A stretch of DNA of 64,000 nt from an uncultured Clostridium sp. (GTDB lineage: Bacteria > Bacillota > Clostridia > TANB77 > CAG-508). The notes below the pieces were generated by a model that was given only the letters and a program-made list of their open reading frames with translations, did no database searches and had not been told where the DNA came from. Every line of letters starts with the position of its first letter. The first letter of the stretch is position 1. This document shows, piece after piece, positions 1-11,500 of this stretch. The stretch spans positions 45,580 to 109,579 of the forward strand of contig CANBHY010000007.1 of the NCBI GenBank assembly GCA_947368535.1, read 5' to 3'. The position numbers were made by a program, and so were the translations under genes.

Positions 1-1
1 T

Positions 2-157
2 GACATACTAGGAAATATACTTGGAAAACCAAAATTTGATACTACAATGTCAGAAGATGATGGACCTATAAAATATAATTCAACAGATGCAAAATTTTTC
101 TTTGAAAATGAAGGAGCAATAACATATAATATTCCACGTAATGATAATAAAAAATAA
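2..157 (+). CDS. 3' end (C-terminal ~51 aa) of an unidentified protein that starts before the window
   Basis: Open frame from window edge to TAA at 155-157 (…FENEGAITYNIPRNDNKK*). A hairpin plus T-run follows at 162-198. Confidence 0.35.
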   Translation, partial: DILGNILGKPKFDTTMSEDDGPIKYNSTDAKFFFENEGAITYNIPRNDNKK

Positions 158-161
158 AAAT

Positions 162-198
162 AATCCGAATGTAAACATTACATTCGGATTATTTTTTT
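162..198. terminator. Bidirectional rho-independent terminator between convergent genes
   Basis: Perfect inverted repeat aatccgaatgta/tacattcggatt, with an A-run on one side and a T-run (atttttttag) on the other. Confidence 0.7.
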
Positions 199-202
199 AG
201 TA

Positions 203-733
203 TTATCTCCAAATATCTCCATTTATAAACATTGTTAATGCCATTATTAATGCTTGCTCCGTCATATCATATCTTGTGAGAACACCTTTTGTAAGCATTC
301 CTACTCCACCTTTTCCTTTACCTATTTGATCTGCATTATATATTTCATCCATTACTACACCTAAATTTTCATTAATAATTCTATCCACATATCTTTCTGG
401 AACAGGAAAACCAGCGCTATTTCCCCATGATTCTACTCCATTTTTATCTTTTATACATGCAATCTGAATAATTGACCAATTTCCTAATTTATCAAATATT
501 CCTGATTCAACACCTAAAAAATAATCAGCTTCAATATTATTTTCCACTGCATATTTAATTAAATTATTAACTCTATTTCTAGCTCCTTGATAGACCTCAT
601 CATTTACTGGTTCATCTGAAACATCAGAACTAACATCTATTCCTTCGACCTCAATATCTTTAAAATAATGCAAAAAGGCTTGTTTAGCACCAGTAATTTT
701 TCCTGGATTTTTTGTTCCAATTAAAACTTTCAT
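203..733 (-). CDS. YjjX/DUF84-family inosine/xanthosine triphosphatase (non-canonical purine NTPase)
   Basis: 176-aa ORF. N-terminus MKVLIGTKNPGKI…A…F and overall length and pattern are typical of the YjjX ITPase family. Confidence 0.6.
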   Translation of the reverse strand: MKVLIGTKNPGKITGAKQAFLHYFKDIEVEGIDVSSDVSDEPVNDEVYQGARNRVNNLIKYAVENNIEADYFLGVESGIFDKLGNWSIIQIACIKDKNGVESWGNSAGFPVPERYVDRIINENLGVVMDEIYNADQIGKGKGGVGMLTKGVLTRYDMTEQALIMALTMFINGDIWR

Positions 734-750
734 ATTTTTCTCCTTTATAT

Positions 751-1692
751 CTATAATTTTCTAAATTTTGCTACAAAAAAACCTTCCATAACTTTAGAGG
801 GTAATATCTTTATTGATTTTTCAATACTAGTATTTAATCCTTCAGAATTTCCTTTTATTGAATCTTTAATATCTAATTCTATATCTACCAATCTTATATC
901 AAAATTATTCAATACCCAATCTAATATAAATTCATTTTCAAATCTATTTATTGTACATGTAGAATATACTAATTCTCCACCACTTTTTAGTGCTTTATAA
1001 CCACTCTCAAAAAGTTTTTTCTGCAATTTCACTAATGTATTTACATTTTTTAAAGACCAATTTCTATATGTTTGAGGACTAGTTGCTATAAACCTTCCTT
1101 CTCCACTACAAGGTGTATCCAATAGAACTTTATCAAACTTGCTCTCATATTCATCTCCAAGTTTTTCTCCCCTTCTATTAATAACTTGTACAATATTAGC
1201 ACCTTGCATCTGAACATTAAATTTAAGTCTTTCATATCTTATTTTATCTAATTCATTAGCCAAAATTTCGCCCTTATTTTCCATTAACATTGCAAGTTCT
1301 GTAGTTTTACTTCCTGGAGCAGCAGTCATATCTAAAACAGATTCACCAGGTCTAGGATTTAGAACTAATGGTGGTACCATACTAGATAAACTTTGAAAAT
1401 ATATATACCCTTTTCCATAAATATCTAACTTTTGAATATCTTTTTCTCTAGCATTTTTAACTATTAAGGCGTCTTTAAACCAAGGTACTCTCTCAAACTT
1501 TACATTGTTTTCTTTAAAAATATTCATTAAACTATAAATATCATATTTTAAAGTATTTACTCTCAAAGTAGTATATCTATCATCTGTCATACCTGTTAAA
1601 ATTTTATCTACAGTTATAGGTGTATACACTTCATATAGTTCTTCTATAAATTCTTTTGGCAATCTTCTTTTTATTTCATTAATTGATAACAA
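751..1692 (-). CDS. NOL1/NOP2/Sun-family rRNA cytosine-C5 methyltransferase (RsmF/RsmB-like)
   Basis: SAM-binding motif DMTAAPGSKTT and catalytic DTPCSGEG motif. 313 aa. Confidence 0.8.
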   Translation of the reverse strand: MLSINEIKRRLPKEFIEELYEVYTPITVDKILTGMTDDRYTTLRVNTLKYDIYSLMNIFKENNVKFERVPWFKDALIVKNAREKDIQKLDIYGKGYIYFQSLSSMVPPLVLNPRPGESVLDMTAAPGSKTTELAMLMENKGEILANELDKIRYERLKFNVQMQGANIVQVINRRGEKLGDEYESKFDKVLLDTPCSGEGRFIATSPQTYRNWSLKNVNTLVKLQKKLFESGYKALKSGGELVYSTCTINRFENEFILDWVLNNFDIRLVDIELDIKDSIKGNSEGLNTSIEKSIKILPSKVMEGFFVAKFRKL

Positions 1693-1745
1693 TACTTACT
1701 CTCCTTTTGTTCCTTGTCAATGGGTACGTCCTTTTTAGAAAATTT

Positions 1746-2120
1746 TTAATATATATCATCATCATCCCCTACTAAAAATTCTCTTCCTGTAACTTTCTTT
1801 TTATCTCTTTGTTCTTCAACTATAGATGACAATTTTTCTTTTATTTCAAATGGTTTCTTAATATCTCTAATTTCAAACTCTGGAGTAGTTTTATCAGCAG
1901 AACAAATATGTATAGAACCAACTCCAAATATTCTTTGGAAAATAGAACGTTTTAATGTTAAATCCATTATTCTATATAATTTTATTTCTTCTTGCTTAGT
2001 AGATAATATTCCTGTATCAATTAAAAGTTTATCTTCTAATAGTGTATATACTGTAAAAGATAGTGGTAAGCCAAAAATAGGTCTTTTTCTGTCTCTCCAA
2101 ATATAATTACTTATTTTCAT
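1746..2120 (-). CDS. Bacterial PH-domain (YdbS/DUF304-like) membrane-associated protein
   Basis: 124-aa ORF with a hydrophobic N-terminal half followed by a bPH-like segment. The call rests on pattern only. Confidence 0.4.
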   Translation of the reverse strand: MKISNYIWRDRKRPIFGLPLSFTVYTLLEDKLLIDTGILSTKQEEIKLYRIMDLTLKRSIFQRIFGVGSIHICSADKTTPEFEIRDIKKPFEIKEKLSSIVEEQRDKKKVTGREFLVGDDDDIY

Positions 2121-2193
2121 TTTTTTCTCCTCCTATAATATTTATTATTTAAAGTTGTCAAAAAAGGATGTCCCTATTTACCCCTTATTAATA

Positions 2194-3777
2194 TTATTCA
2201 TGTTCTATTATTTTTATTGCACATTTTATACCATCAACTGCTGATGACATTATACCCCCAGCATATCCAGGTCCTTCTCCACAGGGATATAATCCATGTA
2301 CATTCTTTGCCATAAAATCTTCATCTCTAACAATTTTAATAGGTGATGAACTTCTAGTTTCTACACCTGTTAAAATTGCATCTTTATCTGCAAAACCTTT
2401 TATTTTACTATCAAAATATTGTACTCCATTTTTTAAAGTATTAGATACAAACTCTGGTAATATTTCATTTAAATTTGAATATGTTACTCCCGGTTTATAA
2501 GTAGGTTTAATTTCTCCCAATTTTTTTGTCTCTCTATTTTTCAAAAAATCTTCTAATCTCTGAATTGGTGCAAAATAGTTTTTTCCACCTAATTCAAAAG
2601 CCTTTTCCTCGAGCTCTTTTTGAAAATACATTCCTTCTAATGGTGATTCTCCTTTAAAATCTTCTGGATTCACATTTACTAAAACTGCACTATTAGCATT
2701 TTCTTCATTTCTAGCAAACTTACTCATTCCGTTTGTAACTATCGTATTTTCCTCGCTTGAAGATGCCATAACAAATCCTCCAGGACACATACAAAAAGTA
2801 TAACATGATCTACCAGTTAATTCATCATGATATGCTAATTTATATTCTGCAGGTGGTAAATTTAATTTTGATTTATTTCCATATTGTGAATTATTTATCA
2901 TCTCTTGTTTATGTTCAATTCTTACACCAACAGAAAAATTTTTCTTTTCCATATAAACATTTTTCTCATATAATTTTTCAAAAGTATCTCTAGCACTGTG
3001 TCCAATAGCTAGAACTGCAGTATCTGCTTCTAATTTTCTTTTATCAGTGATAATTTTCGTCAATTTACTATCTTCAATTTCAAAATCAATCACTTTTTCA
3101 TTAAATAAAAATTCTCCACCTTTGCTGATAATATATTTTCTAATATTTGAAACCACTTTAATCAAATTATCAGTTCCTATATGTGGCTTATTAATATATT
3201 TAATTTGTTCAGGTGCCCCAAACTCTACAAATCTATTAAGTACTATTTTGCATAATGGATCATGTATCCCAGAAGTAAGTTTCCCATCAGAAAATGTACC
3301 AGCACCACCTTCTCCAAATTGAATATTAGATTTTATATTTAAATTTCCAGTATTTATAAAAGTTTCAACATCTTTTTGTCTTTCTTCTACTGTTTTTCCT
3401 TGTTCAATTATAATTGGATTTAATCCATATTCTGCAAGAAATAAAGCACAAAATAATCCAGCTGGCCCAGCACCTATAACTATTGGTCTATTTAGACTTT
3501 TTCTTTTCTTAGCAATTTCTAAATTATTGTTCTGTTTTTCTACTTTTTTTATTTTGGTATATTTTTTTTCGTTCTTAACATCTAAATCAATAGCATAATT
3601 ATAAAAAATGTCTTCTTTATTTCTAGCATCAATGGATTTCTTAAATATATAAAATCCTAAAACATCATCTAATCGAATATTATTTTTTTTGCACGCTATT
3701 TTTACTACTTCTTCATTATTAAGTTCTTCTCTAATCTTTATATTTTCTAGTCTTAACATATGTTCTCCATAATCCAT
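2194..3777 (-). CDS. FAD-dependent dehydrogenase (COG2509-like NAD(FAD)-utilizing dehydrogenase)
   Basis: Dinucleotide-binding motif VIGAGPAGLFCALFLAE. 527 aa. Confidence 0.7.
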   Translation of the reverse strand: MDYGEHMLRLENIKIREELNNEEVVKIACKKNNIRLDDVLGFYIFKKSIDARNKEDIFYNYAIDLDVKNEKKYTKIKKVEKQNNNLEIAKKRKSLNRPIVIGAGPAGLFCALFLAEYGLNPIIIEQGKTVEERQKDVETFINTGNLNIKSNIQFGEGGAGTFSDGKLTSGIHDPLCKIVLNRFVEFGAPEQIKYINKPHIGTDNLIKVVSNIRKYIISKGGEFLFNEKVIDFEIEDSKLTKIITDKRKLEADTAVLAIGHSARDTFEKLYEKNVYMEKKNFSVGVRIEHKQEMINNSQYGNKSKLNLPPAEYKLAYHDELTGRSCYTFCMCPGGFVMASSSEENTIVTNGMSKFARNEENANSAVLVNVNPEDFKGESPLEGMYFQKELEEKAFELGGKNYFAPIQRLEDFLKNRETKKLGEIKPTYKPGVTYSNLNEILPEFVSNTLKNGVQYFDSKIKGFADKDAILTGVETRSSSPIKIVRDEDFMAKNVHGLYPCGEGPGYAGGIMSSAVDGIKCAIKIIEHE

Positions 3778-4439
3778 TTAATATCTTCTATTGATTTATC
3801 CATATTAAAAATCCCATTACCAACAGGATAAAAAATTGGAAATACTTTATATCTTATTCCATTGATTTCTTTGTCAAAACATTGCTTCCTACACTGGGAA
3901 ACTGATATTTTTTTATTTAAAACTATTGAACTAACCTGATTTCCTAATGTAACAATTACTTTTGGTCTTATAATATCAATTTCTTTTTCTAATAAATTCA
4001 AGTATTTACCTAAAATCTCATCACTAAGAGGTCTAGCATCGATCTGCGTACATTTTCCTAAATTAGTTATAAAAATTCTGTGTTTTTCCACATTTTCATA
4101 CACATCATCTGCAAAACTATAATCCCATTCTTTAGGCTTTCTAGACAAAATTTCTTCATAGATTTCCTTATCTATTAAATCTACTGAAAAAAACATTTTC
4201 CAAATATTTTTTGTACTAAGCCATGGAGATTTTCTACCTTTCCATGATTTTTGACTAGCTAGATTTCTGCCAGTAGGATTCATAAATACAAAACAAATGT
4301 CAGGTTCTTTTTCTAAACCTCCATTATAAATAGAATCAAGTTCTGGACTGCCATATTTTATTTGCAATTTATCATATTCTTTATTTAAATCACTTATTTT
4401 CATATTTAGTTCCTTAATTGAAATATTTCTTAATATCAT
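3753..4439 (-). CDS. Uracil-DNA glycosylase superfamily protein (family 4/5-like)
   Basis: 228-aa ORF. FVFMNPTG resembles the UDG motif A (GE.PG), and the C-terminal FPIFYPVGNG resembles the motif-B region. Overlaps the upstream gene by 25 nt. Confidence 0.4.
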   Translation of the reverse strand: MILRNISIKELNMKISDLNKEYDKLQIKYGSPELDSIYNGGLEKEPDICFVFMNPTGRNLASQKSWKGRKSPWLSTKNIWKMFFSVDLIDKEIYEEILSRKPKEWDYSFADDVYENVEKHRIFITNLGKCTQIDARPLSDEILGKYLNLLEKEIDIIRPKVIVTLGNQVSSIVLNKKISVSQCRKQCFDKEINGIRYKVFPIFYPVGNGIFNMDKSIEDIKWIMENIC

Positions 4440-4920
4440 TTTTTATATATTCCCACCAATGTGGTACAAACTCATCATTGTTATATTTTTCTTCAATTTC
4501 TTCATACGAGTTCCATTCTACATTTGATACTTCTTCTTTTTGTAAAATAAGTTCTTTTAAATCTATATCTTTTTTAACTATAAAACTATTTATAAAAGCT
4601 GTATTTCCCTTCAATACTCCAGTATAAATTAATTCATTTTCTTTAATATCAATTCCTAACTCTTCTTTAACTTCTCTTATAATAGCTTGATTCATGTTTT
4701 CATCAATATTCATTGCTCCTGTTGTCATTGCCCACATATTAGGATAACGTTTTTTATTACTTGAACGTTTTTGAACTAACAGTTTATTTTCAGAATTAAC
4801 AATCCATATTGCGACAGATTCATGGTAAAAACCTTCTGGCAATTTATCAATTCCTCTTATCATTGTTTTTCCAGTTTTGTTTCCATTTTCATCTAGTATA
4901 TTCCACACTTCCATAGCCAT
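4414..4920 (-). CDS. Nudix hydrolase
   Basis: Nudix box …IREVKEELGIDI… (GX5EX7REVXEELGU). Confidence 0.8.
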   Translation of the reverse strand: MAMEVWNILDENGNKTGKTMIRGIDKLPEGFYHESVAIWIVNSENKLLVQKRSSNKKRYPNMWAMTTGAMNIDENMNQAIIREVKEELGIDIKENELIYTGVLKGNTAFINSFIVKKDIDLKELILQKEEVSNVEWNSYEEIEEKYNNDEFVPHWWEYIKNDIKKYFN

Positions 4921-4960
4921 CTTGTTTATTTTTTAAATCTTGTAATCTAATTTATAAAAT

Positions 4961-6508
4961 TTAAAAATTAGCTCCTTCCTTATGTACTCTTTCTAAATAT
5001 TTATCAGTAAATTCTTTTATTTTATCTTGTTTTGCTTCCAATCTGTTCATCAAATCTTTTACTAATCTTTTTCCTTCATGATATTCATCTTCTGTCATTT
5101 CAAATTTTCTATATGCCTCATCAAATTCATCTTCATCTAAAAGAATAATCTTTCCATCTGGCGTTAAAACTACATCTAAGTACCAATCTTCATGATAAGG
5201 ATATCCATCCTTTTTACCAATTTCTCTTGATAAGTCAAAATACCATTCAACTATTTTTCCATTATTATCATATATAGCTGTAAGTCTAAATTTTGAATTA
5301 TAATCATAAAATTCAAGCCAACTATATCCTTCAGCATGAAAACACTTTCCTTCTGATGTCTCTCGCCTACCTATCATCTTAGTAAACACATTTAAGTGCA
5401 CATCACCTTTAAAATCATTTTCATTAACTGTAATAGTCTTTTCTTCTACTTCTTTTATGTTATCAAATCTTTCTTTATCCCATACTGCACTTCTTTTCTT
5501 TAAGCTAATCCAATATCTTTCTTCTAAATTTCCATCTGCATCTACATATTCATTTTCAAATATTCCGCCATTATTAATAATACTTTTCTTTGAACCTATA
5601 TTGGTTTTATCACATGACATTAACACTCTATTTAATCCTAATTCTTTAGCCTTAATAAGTGCTAATCTTATAATTTCAGTAACATATCCTTTTTTTCTTT
5701 CAGTTGGCCTTACACCATCCCCTATATTTCCAAAAGTTTTCCAAAGTCTTTCATTTAAAAGTCTAATTTGAACAATTCCAACCATTCTTTTATCTGATTT
5801 TCTAATTGCTAAATATAACCATGATGGAACTCTACCTTCTGGAATTTTATTTATATCTGTATCATTATTTATTTTCTCAAGCCACTCTTCAAAACTTGCA
5901 AATCTTTCTAAACCGCCTGCTCCATTTAGCATTGTATCTCCAATATCTAAATGTTCTTTTAAATATCCCATAACTTGTTGTTTATGTTCTATACTTGGAA
6001 AAACAAGATCTAATTCTCCTTTAGCATTGTTTAATTTATATTTTTCAAGTTTCATCGGTATAAATTTAATTCCATCTATTTCTTTTTCTTCTTCTATTTT
6101 TTCAAATCCTATTTTCTTATAAAATTCAAATGCATATGGAGATGAATTTACTGTTAAGTCTGTATTATTTAAATTATATTCACCTTTAGCTACTCTAATT
6201 AATTTTTTTCCTATTCCTTGTTTTTGATATTCTTTATCTACAAAAAGCATAGCAATATGATTCTTATTTTTTATTGCTATTACTCCAATAATTTTTTTAT
6301 AATCTGTTGCTACTAGTATATTTATATCGTTATTTTCTATTTCATTTTTTAAATTCTCATAATTGGCAAATTTGTAAAAGCTATCCACTCCTACCTCACT
6401 ATAGCAAGGAGCTTCAAACTCATCGAAAGTTCTTTTAACTAAATCTAATGCGTTTTTTAAATCTTCTATTTGTAATTTCCTATATCCATATTTCATATAA
6501 ATCACCAC
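4961..6508 (-). CDS. Three-domain protein: GNAT acetyltransferase, second GNAT-like domain and DUF402 (FomD-like nucleotide-binding) C-terminal domain
   Basis: N-terminal GNAT signature (…VDKEYQKQGIGKKLI…). The middle region is acyl-CoA N-acyltransferase-like. C-terminal FHAEGYSW…YHEDWYLDVVL…DEDEF is typical of DUF402. Confidence 0.5.
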   Translation of the reverse strand: MVIYMKYGYRKLQIEDLKNALDLVKRTFDEFEAPCYSEVGVDSFYKFANYENLKNEIENNDINILVATDYKKIIGVIAIKNKNHIAMLFVDKEYQKQGIGKKLIRVAKGEYNLNNTDLTVNSSPYAFEFYKKIGFEKIEEEKEIDGIKFIPMKLEKYKLNNAKGELDLVFPSIEHKQQVMGYLKEHLDIGDTMLNGAGGLERFASFEEWLEKINNDTDINKIPEGRVPSWLYLAIRKSDKRMVGIVQIRLLNERLWKTFGNIGDGVRPTERKKGYVTEIIRLALIKAKELGLNRVLMSCDKTNIGSKKSIINNGGIFENEYVDADGNLEERYWISLKKRSAVWDKERFDNIKEVEEKTITVNENDFKGDVHLNVFTKMIGRRETSEGKCFHAEGYSWLEFYDYNSKFRLTAIYDNNGKIVEWYFDLSREIGKKDGYPYHEDWYLDVVLTPDGKIILLDEDEFDEAYRKFEMTEDEYHEGKRLVKDLMNRLEAKQDKIKEFTDKYLERVHKEGANF

Positions 6509-6582
6509 ATTTCTACTCTAATATTTTATATAGAAAATGCCGTTACGTCAAGTTATCAACTTAAAGTATCATCTTCATCGAA

Positions 6583-6623
6583 ATAAAAAAAGGTACTCCA
6601 AATTAATAACTTTGAGTACCTTT
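6583..6623 (-). terminator. Rho-independent terminator of eno
   Basis: Hairpin aggtactc…gagtacct, followed by a T-run on the minus strand. Confidence 0.65.
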
Positions 6624-6638
6624 AAGTATTTATAAATA

Positions 6639-7961
<1,323 letters not shown>

Positions 7962-8079
7962 TTATACTTAAACTTAATATTTAAGTTTATTTTCAGTACT
8001 TTATACTGAAAGAAATTCTATCACACTTATATTGATTTTTCAAGTACTTATTTATTCTTGCATAACTATATAAAAATAC

Positions 8080-8490
8080 TTAAAAAATCTTATCCTTATG
8101 TAATTCAACTTGTTTTATCATAACTCCAATATTTCCCTCACCAGCAAATTTGTCATTATCATAAAAATCCTCATCACTATCCAGCCAATATAATTTATTA
8201 ATTTCCTCAACTACATTAAGATCTCTATTTAGTTTCCCCGCAAAAAACTCTAGTTCCATATCAGTTAAATTATATTGAAAATTCATTACATGAACTAATT
8301 TTATATCATTTTTTGTAATTCCTGTTTCTTCGTTTAATTCTCTATACGCTGCATCATATTCATTTTCACTATTTTCTAATTTACCACCAACTAAATTAAA
8401 CTTTCCCTTATATGGTTCTTTTAATCTTTTACACATAAGTATTTTTTTCTCATCTTTAGAATATACTGCGATAACATTTAATTTTTTCAT
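8080..8490 (-). CDS. Nudix hydrolase
   Basis: Nudix box GGKLENSENEYDAAYRELNEETGI. Confidence 0.75.
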   Translation of the reverse strand: MKKLNVIAVYSKDEKKILMCKRLKEPYKGKFNLVGGKLENSENEYDAAYRELNEETGITKNDIKLVHVMNFQYNLTDMELEFFAGKLNRDLNVVEEINKLYWLDSDEDFYDNDKFAGEGNIGVMIKQVELHKDKIF

Positions 8491-8561
8491 ATAATCACCT
8501 CATGTTATTTTATTTTCGAATACATTCTATCACAATATAAAAATCATAACAAACAAAATAT

Positions 8562-8595
8562 AAAAAGAGATCCTACTTTGGGATCTCTTTTTTAT
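8562..8595. terminator. Intrinsic terminator downstream of the large surface-protein gene
   Basis: Hairpin agagatcc…ggatctct flanked by an A-run and a T-run. Confidence 0.65.
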
Positions 8596-8597
8596 TA

Positions 8598-11500
8598 TTA
8601 TTTTCTCATTTTATAGAAACTATATACTGCTATTACTAATAATGCTAATATTGATATTGTTAAGAAAATTCTTCTGAATGCTACACTTATATCTTCATAA
8701 CCTGTATAAGGTAAATCACTATTAGATGTAGTAGTCTTTGTTTGAGTTTCTGTTGTTTTTTCTTCACCTTTAACAATATTTGAATTAGTTCCTGTTGTTT
8801 TATTTCCACTATTATTTGAATTATTATCTTGACTTGGTTGTGTACTTGTATTTGGTTTATTATCTGGAGTTGATGTTGGTTTATCGCTTGGACTTAATGT
8901 TGGTTTATCGCTTGGACTTGGTGTTGGGTTATCGCTTGGACTTGGTGTTGGGTTATCGCTTGGACTTGGTGTTGGATTATCACTTGGACTTGGTGTTGGG
9001 TTATCGCTTGGACTTGGTGTTGGGTTATCGCTTGGACTTGGTGTTGGGTTATCGCTTGGACTTGGTGTTGGGTTATCACTTGGTTCAGGTTCTTTTTCAA
9101 TAATCCAATCAACTTTAGCTACAACTCTACCTTCATTTCCTGCTTCATCTCTAAATGTAAACTCAAACTCTCCATTTTCAGTAAAAATATATGTATCTTT
9201 TCCATCATTATTTGTTATTATAATTTCTTCATTAGCTTCTACAGTTGCTACTACATTTTCAGTAGTTTCTTCTGTTATATCATATGATACTCTAGCTATT
9301 GGAGCTTCTTTATCTATCCAATCTACTTTTACTGTTACTTCTCCATATTTTCCAGCTTTAGTAACATATTCAAATGTAAACTCTCCATTTTCGGTAAATG
9401 TGTATTCATCTTCTCCATCGTTATTTGTTATTGTAATTTCTTTACTGCTTTCTATTTTAGCTGTTACATCTTGATTTGTTATATTTTCTATATTATATAT
9501 AACTGTTATTTCTGGTAATTCTTTATCTATCCAATCTACTTTTGCTATTGCTTTACCTTCATTTCCTGCTTTGTCTATAAAAGTAAACTCAAATTCTCCA
9601 TTTTCTGTAAATATATACGTATTTTTTCCATTATTATTTGTTACTGTAATTTCTTCATTAGCTTCTAATGTAGCTACTACATCATTTCCTGTAATTTCAG
9701 TTATATCATAGTTTACTTTTCCAATTGGAGCTTCTCTATCTATCCAATCTACTTTTGCTGTTACTCTTCCTTCATTTCCTAATTTATCTGTATATATAAA
9801 TTCGAATTCTCCATTTTTAGTAAATGTATATGTGTTTTCTCCATCATTATTTATTATTGTAATTTCTTCATCACATTCTATTGTTGCTACTACATCCTGA
9901 ATAGTATCTTCTGTTATATCATAAGATATTGTTGCTTCTGGAGCTTCTTTATCTATCCAATCTACTACAGCTATTGTTTTAGCTTCATTTCCAGCTTCAT
10001 CTCTGAAAACAAATTCAAATTGTCCATTTTCAGTAAATGTATATGTGTCTTTTCCGTCATTATTCAAAACTATAACATCTTCGCTAGTCATTAAAGTAGC
10101 TGTTACATTTTGATTTGTCATTTCTGTAATATCATATTGTACTGAACCAATTGGTGCAACTTTATCAATCCAATTAACTACAGCCTTAATCGTTCCTTTA
10201 GTTCCTTTATTGTCAACAAATTCAAATGTAAATTCTCCATTTTCAGTAAATGTATATGTGTCTTTTCCATCATTATTTGTTATTGTAATTTCAGTACTTG
10301 GATTTACTACTGTTGCTACTACATCTTGATTTGTCATTTCTGTAGTACTATATTCTATTTCAGCAGTTGGCACTACTATTTCTTCTCTTTTAGTTATATC
10401 TTCATATAAATTTACCATAGCTACAGATGCAAATATACCATAAGTTTCTACTTCTAATTTTACATATTGACCATAGATACTTTCGTTAAATGTAATCTTT
10501 CTTAATTCATTATCTTGTGGACATTCTTCAATTCTTCCAGCTTCAATCCAATTTTCACCATCTTCACTTATATATACTATTGCATTTTTAATAAAGTCTG
10601 GATCATTTTCTTTATATTTTGTTTGAACAAATTCTAATGCTGACATATATCTTGGTTCATCTAATTTTATATTTATAAATGGATTACCTTCTTGTTCTAA
10701 AACTGAATATCTAAAGTCTGTATGCCATAATGTATTAATATTTCCGTCAATTGCATTTAGTGCATAAAATGGTCTTGCACTATCTGCGGATTCAGTTGAA
10801 TAACTCTCAATTGATAAATGTTTTATTGGTACATACTTTTGAGTTTCTGTGTCAGTATCTTGAGTGAATTGATATTCTATAATATCACTTGCTGTATATA
10901 AACCTTTGGCTTTTGCTCTAACTAATAATTTTCTGTCTCCTACTACCACTGGTTCTTCCTCACTATAATCTGTCCAATTATTATCATTTTCTAATTTCCA
11001 TTCAAGAATATCTTTATTATCTAATCCAATTAATCTATTTTCTAAATCATTTAAATATGCATTAATTGTAGGCACTGTTCCAGTTTTTATATTTATTGTA
11101 TATACTTCATTTTCATTAAATCTTATTTTTATCTTATTTTCTTCACTAATTTGATTTAGTTCTTCTTCTGATAATTGATTCTCTGATAAATTTCCTGCTT
11201 TCCATGTGTTTCCACCATCTATACTATATTCCCAATTTGAATTTTTATATTCATCCGCTAAAATTATCTTTCCACCATTAGTTCCATCAAATGAGAAATC
11301 AGCAACTATTTTTATCGTTGTATCTTCATAGAAGTTAAACATTCTAGCAGCTATAAAGTTTCCTCCACCGCCTGAAGAAGTTCTTGCTCCTACTATTTTA
11401 ATGTATTGAACTTGAACAGGTTCTTCAAAATCAATAGTTTTAGTTGTATCATTATTTGCCCATGTTACATTTTTTATTTCAGTAAAGTTTTCTCCATCCA

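Noticed and set aside
2805-3322. Plus-strand ORFs 2805..2993 and 3047..3322
   Set aside because: They lie entirely antisense within the well-supported FAD-dependent dehydrogenase gene. Their low-complexity composition is typical of spurious AT-rich frames.
5457-5771. Various antisense ORFs inside confident genes (5457..5771, 6907..7104, 13514..13750, 15537..15752, 16916..17455, 33155..33388, 35548..35796, 36890..37141, 38625..38915, 39461..39643, 41567..41782, 42795..42986, 43773..44141, 44843..45034, 45753..46103, 46797..47090, 48261..48659, 49601..49921, 50141..50371, 52872..53087, 58017..58337, 63232..63591)
   Set aside because: Each lies opposite a longer ORF with clear family signatures. 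AT-rich genomes yield many such shadow ORFs.
8795-9112. Highly regular 24-bp direct repeats. Considered as a CRISPR array or as independent genes (ORFs 8795..9103 on plus and 8894..9112 on minus).
   Set aside because: The repeats are contiguous with no spacers. They lie in-frame within the 1938-aa surface-protein gene, where they encode PSPSDNPT units. The small ORFs are translation artefacts of the repeat.
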